From positions 74,060 to 138,059 of the IMG/VR virus record IMGVR_UViG_3300020473_000020: a stretch of DNA of 64,000 nt, one strand, 5' to 3'. The notes under the pieces are model-generated. The model was not told where the DNA came from and did no database searches. It was given only the letters and a program-made list of their open reading frames with translations. Made by a program: the position numbers and the translations under genes. Numbering within the stretch: position 1 is the stretch's first letter; the number at the start of each line of letters is the position of its first letter. The DNA comes from a virus. Below, piece after piece: positions 1-9,539 of this stretch.

Positions 1-1908
1 AACAAGTACAAGACGTTTGCCTTCTTCTTGTGATTCGCGGATCGCGTCAAGCTGGTCTTGAAGCTGTTTGTTCGGGATGTAGCTCGTTGTCTGATGTGGT
101 ACATCGCCATTTTGTTTCACTTCGGCTTCAAATGCTTCAAACAGTGGTGATGTAACCGCCGCCATTTTTGCGTTCAGCGCATCTTCTTTCGAGGCAGCGC
201 CTTTCTCTTTAAAGCCAAAGCCAAATGCTTCGCGTAGGAATGGAGCAGGGCGTGGGAAACCACCCACGTTTACACGGTCAGTACTTGAAAGGTCAATGCG
301 GATGGCTTCGTCATCGTTTTTCTTAATGGCCTGATTGATACCAGCTGTTTTAGCGATACCCATACGGCCTAAAAGCATTAACGGTAGACCCGCACGATAA
401 GTGTGGTCAATGAAGCTTTCTGAATCCGTCGTCGTGATGTCAACTTCAATGCCTGAGCTTTCTAACCAGCGAAGTACGCCACCTGCTGTGGTTGCACCTA
501 GGATGCCAGAAATTACTTGTCGGTACGGTAGCTCGTTATTCTCAAGACACCATGCTAGATACGTCATTGTATCTTCCCAACCACGGAACGTAGGGAATTT
601 GCCGTCGCCATCCATCGCACTGATGTCGTGCAGTGATTGCTGGTCGAAACCAAAACGGGCTAGTTCTTGTAGCTGAGGGTGCTTTTGAACGGCCTCTAAT
701 TCAACGAGATAGTCGAAAGCGCCTTTTTGTATGCTTGGGTCACTAGAACTCACTACATACGGGATAAAGCGGTCTACTTTTGCAACGTCATCAACGTTTT
801 GAACTAGGTAGATTAGTTTTTCGTATTGCTCTGGGTCTAGCTCGTCGAGCTTATCCATTTCAACAGGTAAGTTCGCAGCGGCTAGCTTAGGCGCAATAGA
901 AATATCGTAGTCATTTAACGCGTGGCCATTGATCATAACCATTAACTGGTTCATCACTTCTTTAGGCGTACGGTTAATTTCATCGAAGAACATGACAGGC
1001 GTCTTCGCATATTCGCGTAGGCGCGCTTCAAATTCTTTGTCGCTTTCGCTTACGGTTACTTCACCCGAGTCGATACGTTGAACCATTGAACGGCATGACT
1101 CAACAAATGGCGTCGTACACGTCAGTAATTCAAGTTTAGGTGAGTCCGTCCAGCGCTCATTCATTTGAGAAAGCAATGAACCGTCTGAACCGTCAGTCTC
1201 TGAGGTCAGTGTGATCATACCCAGCATGTCCATCTTATCGAAGAACGCTGCACGGATGTCGACTAGACGGTAACCCCAATCGCCTGCTGCTTCGTTAGCG
1301 CTTGAGTTTAGCTCTTTAATAACAGACTTAACTGATGCAGATTTGGAAATACCTGAGTGACCAATTAGAAGTGGTGCCTTGTTCACTTTCTTGGCATCAA
1401 AGCCCACAATCGACGTCTTAATCACATTGCTGATATTCGAAACCGTACGGAAGCGGTTTAGCGGATTATCGGCGCGTGATTTAAGTGATTGTTTGTTTGA
1501 GGCGCGTGAGAAACGAGCTTCCATTAAATCTCCATCTTCTAATAACTCTTCTGCAACCGTCTCGGGCTGAGTCATCGAAGCGAGGGCTAACACCTCTTCT
1601 GGGTCGGCTCCAAATACGCTGATGGCACGCTCGCGAGCGGCTTCTTCGTCAGTATAGACTGACACTGCGTATTCAGTTGAAGGATTTAGCTTCATGTAGG
1701 CACAGTGGAATGGCAAATCTTGCGCTGCACCCATGATGTATACTTCACCGTCAAACATCGCCAGCTCAGGGCGGCGTGCATGCGGTTCGATAAACGCAGG
1801 TACTTCACCATAGTTCTTTACCATGGTAGTTGCAACCTGCATAAACTGTTCACTAACTACGCTGCGGTATTCTAACAGCGAAATAGTATCTCTAACAGAC
1901 TTAAACAT
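1..1908 (-). CDS. Tandem AAA+ ATPase (MoxR/midasin-like), 3' end beyond the window
   Basis: Not in the ORF track because it has no stop in the window. ATG at 1908 follows AGGGG. Manual translation gives APLLIGHSGISKS (Walker A), VMFFDEINR (Walker B) and AAAN, then a second P-loop PLMLLGRMGIAKT, ending ...GKRLVLV at the window edge. Confidence 0.8.
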   Translation of the reverse strand, partial: MFKSVRDTISLLEYRSVVSEQFMQVATTMVKNYGEVPAFIEPHARRPELAMFDGEVYIMGAAQDLPFHCAYMKLNPSTEYAVSVYTDEEAARERAISVFGADPEEVLALASMTQPETVAEELLEDGDLMEARFSRASNKQSLKSRADNPLNRFRTVSNISNVIKTSIVGFDAKKVNKAPLLIGHSGISKSASVKSVIKELNSSANEAAGDWGYRLVDIRAAFFDKMDMLGMITLTSETDGSDGSLLSQMNERWTDSPKLELLTCTTPFVESCRSMVQRIDSGEVTVSESDKEFEARLREYAKTPVMFFDEINRTPKEVMNQLMVMINGHALNDYDISIAPKLAAANLPVEMDKLDELDPEQYEKLIYLVQNVDDVAKVDRFIPYVVSSSDPSIQKGAFDYLVELEAVQKHPQLQELARFGFDQQSLHDISAMDGDGKFPTFRGWEDTMTYLAWCLENNELPYRQVISGILGATTAGGVLRWLESSGIEVDITTTDSESFIDHTYRAGLPLMLLGRMGIAKTAGINQAIKKNDDEAIRIDLSSTDRVNVGGFPRPAPFLREAFGFGFKEKGAASKEDALNAKMAAVTSPLFEAFEAEVKQNGDVPHQTTSYIPNKQLQDQLDAIRESQEEGKRLVLV

Positions 1909-1925
1909 TTATTTTCCCCTGCTTT

Positions 1926-2243
1926 TTACACCGCGCCTAACAGGTCGCGATAGTGTAGTTCTTCCACTTGGCCAAGTAGCGTTTTGGCTTCTTCAAGTGT
2001 TTTACCATTTAGGGCAAATTTACCCATTTCTGCACGGAAGTCGCGCTTATAAATCCAAGCCTTTTTGTAATCTAGGCTTAGTTTTACTTGGCATTCCAAC
2101 CGAATACTGGCTTGAACAGGCAGAGTGACGTTTGAAACTTTGCCAGCGACTACGCCTGCCTTAACTAGTTCCGCGCCTTCGCTTGGTTCTAGAAAAGTTA
2201 CGCCGTCGAAGGTAAGTCTCGAAAGCACCTCAATTGCGCTCAT
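1926..2243 (-). CDS. hypothetical protein
   Basis: ORF with GAGGA/GAG upstream, co-oriented with neighbours. Confidence 0.6.
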   Translation of the reverse strand: MSAIEVLSRLTFDGVTFLEPSEGAELVKAGVVAGKVSNVTLPVQASIRLECQVKLSLDYKKAWIYKRDFRAEMGKFALNGKTLEEAKTLLGQVEELHYRDLLGAV

Positions 2244-2280
2244 ATTCTCATCCTCGTACGCACCATTACAGTGCTTGTTA

Positions 2281-2499
2281 TTAATCGTTCAACAACATTT
2301 CTGCTGTCAGGTTAGTTAAAACTGGCTGTTCGACTTCCGAAGGCTGGGCAGCTTCTGCAAGTGCTGCGCGTTGTGTCGTCAACGACTCGACAACAGCTCT
2401 AGACTTAGTACGCATACGTTGGTCACGTTCCATAAAGCGCTGCTTCGCTGATCGTGGGGCGTGCGTTTCTTGCACGTTTAAGAGTGCTGATAGACTCAT
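2281..2499 (-). CDS. hypothetical protein
   Basis: Start reassigned to the ATG at 2499 (MSLSALLNVQE), preceded by GGAG. Confidence 0.55.
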   Translation of the reverse strand: MSLSALLNVQETHAPRSAKQRFMERDQRMRTKSRAVVESLTTQRAALAEAAQPSEVEQPVLTNLTAEMLLND

Positions 2500-2909
2500 A
2501 GCATTACTCCACAAGTAAATAAATTTACGTCTCTTGTACCTGCAAACAGGCACGGTTGTCTCAATCTCAATTCACTACCGTGATTGCAGGTAAAGCCCTA
2601 GAAAGTCACAGGTAAGTGAACTTATTGTACAACGCTACGGGGCAAAGAGAAAGCCAAAAGGGGTGGTGCGTGAGGTGGTGGGGTGCCAGATAAACGACAA
2701 CCCGCACACATACGTGTAGCGGGTTGTTAATATATAATAAGACTTTTAGTGTTAAAGCTAACCTTGTGCCCTTTAAGCCATTGTGACCTAAAGGTTTTGC
2801 TTATCTCGGTTTGCAGGAGCATAGTAGCAAAAACAGATCCCTGCTTCCACCCTTAATTCACTTATTTTCCTATGTTTTTGTACAATGCTTTCGAGGTCTT
2901 GTACACGAC

Positions 2910-3140
2910 CTAATTCGCGACATGCGGCTCGTGCATAAGGTAATCAGTGATCCATGTCGTGGCAGCCGTTAAAGTCTTAAACTTTAACCAATCACCGTCT
3001 GGCGTGACCGATGCGCAGCTATGCTCGCCAATTACTACAAAGTTGCCGTCTTCACCCCGAATACGGAAGATGCGTTCTTGCTTCGAGTACACATCCCAAT
3101 GATGTGTATTGCGATGATAAAAGCTAAATGATTTGTTCAT
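2910..3140 (-). CDS. hypothetical protein
   Basis: 76-aa ORF with AGGT upstream and protein-like composition. Confidence 0.55.
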   Translation of the reverse strand: MNKSFSFYHRNTHHWDVYSKQERIFRIRGEDGNFVVIGEHSCASVTPDGDWLKFKTLTAATTWITDYLMHEPHVAN

Positions 3141-3169
3141 GTATGTACCTGATTTTTTTGTCTAAAAAT

Positions 3170-3203
3170 AAAACCCCAGACACTTGAAAGTGCCTAGGGG
3201 TTT
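3170..3203 (-). terminator. intrinsic terminator downstream of the DNA polymerase gene
   Basis: AAACCCC-AGACACTT...AAGTGCCT-AGGGGTTT imperfect stem followed by a U-rich tract on the minus strand. Confidence 0.5.
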
Positions 3204-3244
3204 GCTTTGTTTGTTAGTGCTTATTTACGCTAAAGCCCTTTATT

Positions 3245-5848
3245 TTAGATGCCGCCCGAAATCTTGGCTCTCAGATTTGGTATAAAGTCAGCTGATGAGT
3301 ATTCACCAATAACTTCTTGGGCTGCCCAGTGTGGACCTGCTTCGGCTTCTACTAGTAACGGCACGTTAATGAAGTCAAATTCAGACAAGCACATTAGCTC
3401 GGCAACAAACTCCACCGTGTCGATAACTTCGTCTTCTGGGCAGTAGAACGTAATATCATCGTGAATGTTTACCGCAGGTTGAATACCTTCTTTAACCATG
3501 CGGTTCATTGCATCTACTACGATGTCTGACGCTGTGCCCTGTACTGGCGAGTTAACGAGCTGGTTGTAGGAGAGGGGACCATGGCGTTTACGGCCTGTCA
3601 TTGTTTGTACGTAACCATTGCGCTTATAGAAATCAACCATACGCTCTTGGTAACGCTTAACCCCTGCGAACGTGTCCCAGAACTCGTCGTATAGCGGTTG
3701 GATTACGTCTGTAGGGATTTGCAGTGTACGCGCACAACTAAACATACTTGAACCGAAGAACAGCGGGAATACCCATTGGTTTTTAACGTTACCACGGAAC
3801 GTTTTTAACGCTTTCGGGTCATTTAGCTTATCTTCGCCGCCGATAACTTTAGGGTAGGCTTGAGAGATTTTCTTAGCCCATTCCATGTGAACGTCGTAGT
3901 TATCCCAAAGTGCCTTACAGAAGTTGACGTCGTGACTGATCATACCCCACACACGTGCCTCTATTTGGCCATAATCCACTGACACAATGTGGTGCCCCTT
4001 CGGACAGTTAATACCCTCACGTACCTTCTTACCATCACCACGCTTAGGGAAGTTTTGTGCATTCGGATCCGAACTAGAAAGACGGCCAGTACCTGTACGA
4101 TAAAGGTTAAAGCTCGCGTGAAGCTTACCGTCATCATGGACTAGCCCCTTTCGCTTACCCTTCTTGTCAGTCTCTTCGTTAGAGTACGTCCACGCGTCAA
4201 CGTAAGTCGACATGATCTTCGTAAGCTTACGTAGTTTACGAATAATACCTGCGCTCTCTAAGCCTGCATTTTCAAGCTTTTCCATCACGGTGTCATCGGT
4301 TGATGGCTTACGATTACCGAAGTTATCTTCAACCATAACCTCTGGGCGTTGCAGCATATCTTTATACAAGGCTAGAAGGTCTGCTGGTGATGAGTGTTGC
4401 AGCTTACCCTTACGTCGTCCGTACTTCTTATTGTACTTCTCGATCTCGTAAACGTTTTCTAGGTCTTCTTCTAACTCCGCAATGTTAGTAACGCATTCTT
4501 TACGGAACTCGGCTAGCCACTCGTTGTTAATGTTTAGACCAACCTGCTGTGTACGGGCAAGTGTCGCGCAGCTTCGGATCAAGTGGCCATGAACCCATTC
4601 GGCGTCTTTGTCACCTTCAATCTTTGGCCACAGCTTTTGCTTCAACATGTATGTGTATTTGGTGTCCATACCGTTGTACAGTAGGAGCGTGCGCAGGTCG
4701 GCTTTTAGAACGTTACGCGTATCGACGTTAGTCAGTTCTTTTAAGCGGAAGCCTAAGTGTATTTGACACAGTGCATCTAGGTTTAGAACACCTTGGCGCA
4801 CGTCAAGAACATAACCCATGGCCATCGTGTCATCCCAAGGCGTATTCAAGATATTATCGCCGTAGAAGTAGCTTAGCCATTCTTGCTCAAACGGTAAGTT
4901 ATGGGCGATTTTGCTTGTCTTCTTGCGACGGAAGAAACGACGCAGTGCCTTCTCAATACGCTCGCGTTGGTTCGTGTTCCAACCCATAGGGTGGTAAACA
5001 GGAAAGGCAATGGTGTGCTTATCCGTTCCGATTGCGATAGTCACGACCTTACTTGCTTTTGAGTACGGACGTAGGCGAGTGGTCTCAATATCCACGCCGA
5101 CCTCTGGCCATGTGCCCATTTCTTCCAATACCTCTTCGACACGGTCAACCTCTGAGTCGGTTTGACCCATGATGATCTCAATATTGTCCTCATAGCCCGA
5201 GATAATCGGTTTAGGTGGGTTCTCAGCAAAGTCACCACGCTGAATGCCACGGCTAAAGCGCTTAATGTCCTGCAAGAATGCACGCTCATACTCGTTTATT
5301 TCTTTCTGTCGGTCACGACGTGTACTTGCAACATAATCGACTGAGTAAAGCGGGAAGTACCAGAAGCTATGGCCTTTGTAATGGCACAGAACCTGACGCC
5401 CGCGCCATGCTTGCACGTCGCCTTCACCTAAAAAGTGCTTTAGCGGCGCATAGCCTAAACCAAGTACATACGTTGGCTTTTGTTTAAGGAAGTCCTCATC
5501 AAAGCGCGAACGACAGGCAATACCTGCATTAGCAGCTTCGTCGTTATCTGGCGTAGCCCCTTGTACAAGCGCATGGATTGTGATCTTTTTCTTGAGCCAG
5601 CCTGACGGGAAGGCGCTCTTGAGTTGTTGCCACTTAGAGCCTGTTAGGAACTCACCTGAGCGTTCATCAGTTACTGATGGACGGTCAACAATTAAGGCAA
5701 TGTCGTTGTCTAGCTCGCCCGTGCAGGTCATCTGCTCGCACGTGTCTTTCAATGGGCATACATGACAGCCGCCCTTGCCTAGGGTGCGCATAGGTACTTT
5801 CTTGTCAATGCGCTTCTTCTTTCTTTGACCAAAAAATGAACCAGCCAC
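3245..5848 (-). CDS. polA: Family A DNA polymerase with N-terminal UDG-like (SPO1-type) domain and 3'-5' exonuclease
   Basis: Exo motifs GVDIETT, HNLPFE, YNGMD; TGTGRLSSSDPNAQN; motif A DYGQIEAR; NSPVQGTASD; motif C NIHDD; N-terminal CxxCxLxxxC cluster as in family-4 UDG. Confidence 0.93.
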   Translation of the reverse strand: MAGSFFGQRKKKRIDKKVPMRTLGKGGCHVCPLKDTCEQMTCTGELDNDIALIVDRPSVTDERSGEFLTGSKWQQLKSAFPSGWLKKKITIHALVQGATPDNDEAANAGIACRSRFDEDFLKQKPTYVLGLGYAPLKHFLGEGDVQAWRGRQVLCHYKGHSFWYFPLYSVDYVASTRRDRQKEINEYERAFLQDIKRFSRGIQRGDFAENPPKPIISGYEDNIEIIMGQTDSEVDRVEEVLEEMGTWPEVGVDIETTRLRPYSKASKVVTIAIGTDKHTIAFPVYHPMGWNTNQRERIEKALRRFFRRKKTSKIAHNLPFEQEWLSYFYGDNILNTPWDDTMAMGYVLDVRQGVLNLDALCQIHLGFRLKELTNVDTRNVLKADLRTLLLYNGMDTKYTYMLKQKLWPKIEGDKDAEWVHGHLIRSCATLARTQQVGLNINNEWLAEFRKECVTNIAELEEDLENVYEIEKYNKKYGRRKGKLQHSSPADLLALYKDMLQRPEVMVEDNFGNRKPSTDDTVMEKLENAGLESAGIIRKLRKLTKIMSTYVDAWTYSNEETDKKGKRKGLVHDDGKLHASFNLYRTGTGRLSSSDPNAQNFPKRGDGKKVREGINCPKGHHIVSVDYGQIEARVWGMISHDVNFCKALWDNYDVHMEWAKKISQAYPKVIGGEDKLNDPKALKTFRGNVKNQWVFPLFFGSSMFSCARTLQIPTDVIQPLYDEFWDTFAGVKRYQERMVDFYKRNGYVQTMTGRKRHGPLSYNQLVNSPVQGTASDIVVDAMNRMVKEGIQPAVNIHDDITFYCPEDEVIDTVEFVAELMCLSEFDFINVPLLVEAEAGPHWAAQEVIGEYSSADFIPNLRAKISGGI

Positions 5849-5851
5849 GAC

Positions 5852-6961
5852 TTACTCCACCGAAATAATGTGAGTGATGTAGTCGCCGTTTCTGAACACG
5901 ATAACATTACCGCTTGCCCAGTGGCCTTCTTCTAGGATCTTAGCTGCGCGAAGCACATAGTTAGGGTTCACCATGATTTCAACATCAGGGGCTAAGCCTC
6001 CCACCCAGCGGTCGCTCAAGTCTTGCTGCTGTGTATCTTGTGATAGTACTGCTTCACTTTCTTTAGAGCCTTCGCTAATGCTCAGTGTCTCTTGAGTCTG
6101 GTGCTTGTTAACTGCGATCTTGTGCACACCTGCGGCACGCGTGAAGATAGCGCGTAGGTCGTCATCAACCTCAAACCATTCATCTTCTTTCGTTTCAGGC
6201 ATTGCCTCGTCGAACACGTCTTCATAAGGCATGATGTCTGCGTCAGGTAGTTCTACCATTAACCAGCCGTAGTCCTCGCCGAAGTTACAGTGCAGGTAGG
6301 TCTCGCCGAAGCTCAGTTTTACCTTGCCGTTGTGGTCTTCAAAGAAGTGCTTGTACAACTTTAAGAACTGCTTACAGAAATCGTTGGGCAATAATACAAG
6401 GTCATTCTCGTAGTCGCCTTTCGGTGGACATTTCGCACCATTGATGACTGCACGTGTCAGCGTCTGGTCATCTGTACTATAAAGCGTTAGTGGCTCACCT
6501 TCGCGCATTGAAAGTGCAACCGAGCCAAACACATCAAAAAAGTATTGTGTGTCGATGCTCAGCATTGCTGAGGCGAGGGCTTCTGAGAAAGCCATATCGA
6601 CTTCCATGGTAAACACAGCATCGTCAGTTAGGCTATCAACAGTTAACACGAACTCTTCGGCAGGGTGGGTTACAAACGCCATCTTAGAGCGGCCATGCTT
6701 CAAAACTAGGTTGCCATCGTTCTCCACGAATGACACTTCCTCTGCTCGGATAGTGCTCACACATTTGTTAAGGGCGTTACCAGCTATTGCTGCTGAGAAA
6801 GAAGTATCAAGGGCTACGCCAATTGAAATGAAATCGTTATATGCAAAAACGCAGTCGCCAGTAAAGCAATAGCTTTGCATGATCGGAAGGATGTTATTCA
6901 GGCTTAGTGCAGGTTTTACCAGCTGCAAAGCCTCTTGCAGATCATCTGTTCTACAGGTCAT
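5852..6961 (-). CDS. DNA sliding clamp, beta-subunit-like
   Basis: N-terminus DLQEALQLVKPALSLNNILPIMQSYCF resembles DnaN; about 370 aa, acidic; adjacent to the polymerase; start moved to the ATG at 6961. Confidence 0.7.
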   Translation of the reverse strand: MTCRTDDLQEALQLVKPALSLNNILPIMQSYCFTGDCVFAYNDFISIGVALDTSFSAAIAGNALNKCVSTIRAEEVSFVENDGNLVLKHGRSKMAFVTHPAEEFVLTVDSLTDDAVFTMEVDMAFSEALASAMLSIDTQYFFDVFGSVALSMREGEPLTLYSTDDQTLTRAVINGAKCPPKGDYENDLVLLPNDFCKQFLKLYKHFFEDHNGKVKLSFGETYLHCNFGEDYGWLMVELPDADIMPYEDVFDEAMPETKEDEWFEVDDDLRAIFTRAAGVHKIAVNKHQTQETLSISEGSKESEAVLSQDTQQQDLSDRWVGGLAPDVEIMVNPNYVLRAAKILEEGHWASGNVIVFRNGDYITHIISVE

Positions 6962-7130
6962 ATTGTTTCTCTTTAGTATCAATAAATATGCTTCTAGCGC
7001 TTGTACGCTATAGCTTTCTTAGTCTCGTTTATTGGGTAGCCCGTCACTTGTGCACGTCTACCGCGAGGCATTCTATCAGAAGTGGTATTATTTAGAAATG
7101 TCTGTGTTGCAGTGATTTATGGATTTGTTG

Positions 7131-7164
7131 CAAAAAAAAAAATGGCCTCAAGATGAGACCATTT
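7131..7164 (-). terminator. intrinsic terminator
   Basis: Minus strand AAAATGGTCTCA-TCT-TGAGGCCATTTTTTTTTTT directly after the stop of 7184..8410. Confidence 0.75.
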
Positions 7165-7183
7165 TAATTTACTAGTTTACTCG

Positions 7184-8410
7184 TTACTTCTTCGACTTTA
7201 AGTGCTTCGCTACCGCAGCGGATAGCTTAGCCGTGTACTCTTCATCCATTGCTGGGTCGACCTTGGCTAAGTCTTCTACAGACTTAAACTTGTTTAGCTG
7301 TTCTTGGTTGAACATACCCATAGATTCGAAGAACTCATACGCGCCACGAAGGTCTGATAACTTCGGCGACCACGTGCCTTTCTTAGCCTCAACACCTAGC
7401 TCTTTCATGATTAAATAAATCTCATCAAAGCGGATTTCTTTATCAATCAGGAGCAAGCGGCGCATTGTACCTACAACGCCGTATGTGTTAGCGCTGATAC
7501 TAGTCGTACGGACAGAACGCTTTCGAGCCTTCTCTTCGGCTTTACGCTTCGCTTCCGCTTCGGCCTTAGCCTTGGCCTCGGCTTCTTTTTGTGCTTTCTC
7601 TTCGGCTTTACGCTTCGCTTCCGCTTCGGCCTTAGCCTTGGCCTCAGCTTCTTCTTGTGCTTTCTTCTTAGCGGCTTCTTTTGCAGCGGCTTCTTCTTTG
7701 GCTTTTTTATCAGCGTCTTCTTTCGCTTTTTTCTCGGCTTCGGCCTTTGCTGCTTGCGCTTCGGCATCATCGTTTAGGTCGGTGCTTACTGCATCGTCGC
7801 CATCGGGGTCGCCGACTAAGTCAGAAATATCAGCAAGGGCTGCCAGTGTTTGGTCAGTACTACTTAATGCTGGCTCAACTTTTCGGCGCTGACGACGCGA
7901 GCGTGCTGGCTTCTTCTCAGTGCCAAAATGTGACGCTAGTGTGCTTTCAACATTTTTTAGCACGGCGTTACCTTTCAGCTCCGCTGTAATTTCTTTAGGT
8001 AGTGCCACACCGTCTGGCCAGTTAGCTAGTGCGTAGGCAACCGTCAGGACATCGTCATCGTCACCAGCTTCATCAAGTGCTGGGAAATCTGCGAATAACT
8101 CAGCCTGAGCACCCATTGCATCAGGGTCAAGCTCGGCTTCGTGGTTGTCTGCAACCTCATCCGTCCATTCTTTTAGCTCGGCTAATGCCTTTGCACGCGA
8201 GGCTGACTTACGAGCACTCTCAACAAGTGCATTGTACTGGTCATCGTCTAATCCGTAGATGAACGCATCATAGATCTTACCGCTTACGACCTCAGCCGTG
8301 TCGGTGCTCTTGATGCAATAAGGTTCATTCTCGTCGGTAAGCATCGGTAGGACTTCCAACGCAGCTAATAAAACTGTGTTAAGTGTGTCGGTCATTTTTC
8401 GGTTATCCAT
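7184..8410 (-). CDS. hypothetical protein with Ala/Lys/Glu-rich helical repeat
   Basis: 408-aa ORF; internal 22-aa (66-bp) duplication KAQxEAEAKAKAEAEAKRKAEE. Confidence 0.75.
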   Translation of the reverse strand: MDNRKMTDTLNTVLLAALEVLPMLTDENEPYCIKSTDTAEVVSGKIYDAFIYGLDDDQYNALVESARKSASRAKALAELKEWTDEVADNHEAELDPDAMGAQAELFADFPALDEAGDDDDVLTVAYALANWPDGVALPKEITAELKGNAVLKNVESTLASHFGTEKKPARSRRQRRKVEPALSSTDQTLAALADISDLVGDPDGDDAVSTDLNDDAEAQAAKAEAEKKAKEDADKKAKEEAAAKEAAKKKAQEEAEAKAKAEAEAKRKAEEKAQKEAEAKAKAEAEAKRKAEEKARKRSVRTTSISANTYGVVGTMRRLLLIDKEIRFDEIYLIMKELGVEAKKGTWSPKLSDLRGAYEFFESMGMFNQEQLNKFKSVEDLAKVDPAMDEEYTAKLSAAVAKHLKSKK

Positions 8411-8531
8411 TTATCGGTGTAATCGTCTGCGGCGCAGCGATTTATTAAACATGGTTGTACAATACATTATTTTTTGCGGAAGTAAAACCTTTTTTATAAA
8501 AAGTTTGTACAACGCTTTACGAGGCAGTGCT

Positions 8532-9539
8532 CTAGTCTTCATAACGCTTGCGTAATATTTGCTTGGCTGAGGCCATGGCAGCATCGTATTTGCGACCTAG
8601 GATGCGCTCTACTTTGTGCTTGTTCTCTTTCGAGACAAGGTCTGCCATTGACTTAATACCAAAGTTGGCGAGCTTGCGAACAAGCATCACACCTAAGCCT
8701 TCAACTTCCGTTAGCTCAGCAACAGACTGCGAGGTACCGTTCTTATAGCGTGTTTCAAGTAGATGCCAGTAACCCTCTGGGCGTTCCCAGTCGCATGCCT
8801 TAGCTATTTGGCGTACAGCTTGGAATATACGTGAGCTGTCGTATTTAAACGCAGAGAGTCGCGTTGCTGGGACGACCTTGCCGTTGATGTGGTCATAGAT
8901 GTCCGCAGCGAGCGCCGTCGCACGTACACCACGGAGCTTCTTCGTCAACTCTGCTTCATAGGCTTCGACTTGCTTTGCTTGTCCTTTAGGGATGTAATCT
9001 AAGTTATAGCTCGGCGCACCTGCTACAACATGGGTCATGACGTAATCATTTTCCCATAGGTCATTATCTGCGACATCTTGAAGACCACGCCACCAGTGAA
9101 AAACATCCTCTGGTTTGTAGTACCATACCGCCGAAACGCGGCCAATATCTGTGATAAGTAGGCGACCCCCTGTCTCTAAGAGCATCTTAGTGACCAACAA
9201 GTCGCGCAAAACCTTGTCGACGATTTCCTGATTAACTTTACCCTGAACAAACGCAAGTGAGCGTTTGAACCACGTCTCAACGTCAGCTCGCGTTGTGATC
9301 ACACCTGAGTCAACCTCGGCCAAAATGTGAAACCCCAGTGTTGATTCATCAACTAACTGAGAGTCCACGTTTCTCGCTTCTTGGATGCGCTCTTGCCATC
9401 TAGTAGGGTTATCGCAAATAAGCAAGCAATGACCATGGTACTTATCAAGATAAGCTTGGTCGTTTTCGGCTAACCACGTTTTGGCGTCTTCAACGCTGTC
9501 AGCCTTAATAACTTTGTGGTGAGTCTTCAAAGCAGCCAT
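8532..9539 (-). CDS. C-terminal half of a Ski2/Hel308-like helicase (post-motif VI strand, winged helix, ratchet, HhH)
   Basis: YLDKYHGHCLLIC, NVDSQL, LGFHILAEVDSGVI, WFKRSLAF, ITDIGRVSAVWY and ELTEVEGLG match Hel308/Mer3 domains 2-5. Confidence 0.8.
   Translation of the reverse strand: MAALKTHHKVIKADSVEDAKTWLAENDQAYLDKYHGHCLLICDNPTRWQERIQEARNVDSQLVDESTLGFHILAEVDSGVITTRADVETWFKRSLAFVQGKVNQEIVDKVLRDLLVTKMLLETGGRLLITDIGRVSAVWYYKPEDVFHWWRGLQDVADNDLWENDYVMTHVVAGAPSYNLDYIPKGQAKQVEAYEAELTKKLRGVRATALAADIYDHINGKVVPATRLSAFKYDSSRIFQAVRQIAKACDWERPEGYWHLLETRYKNGTSQSVAELTEVEGLGVMLVRKLANFGIKSMADLVSKENKHKVERILGRKYDAAMASAKQILRKRYED

Noticed and set aside
7184-8410. TolA annotation
   Set aside because: Similarity is limited to the low-complexity A/K/E helix; no N-terminal membrane anchor or tol-pal context.
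9420-9539. Canonical functional split intein C-fragment ending HGH/C
   Set aside because: No terminal Asn/Gln; splicing there would delete the DxxG loop after motif VI; the N-fragment lacks block B.
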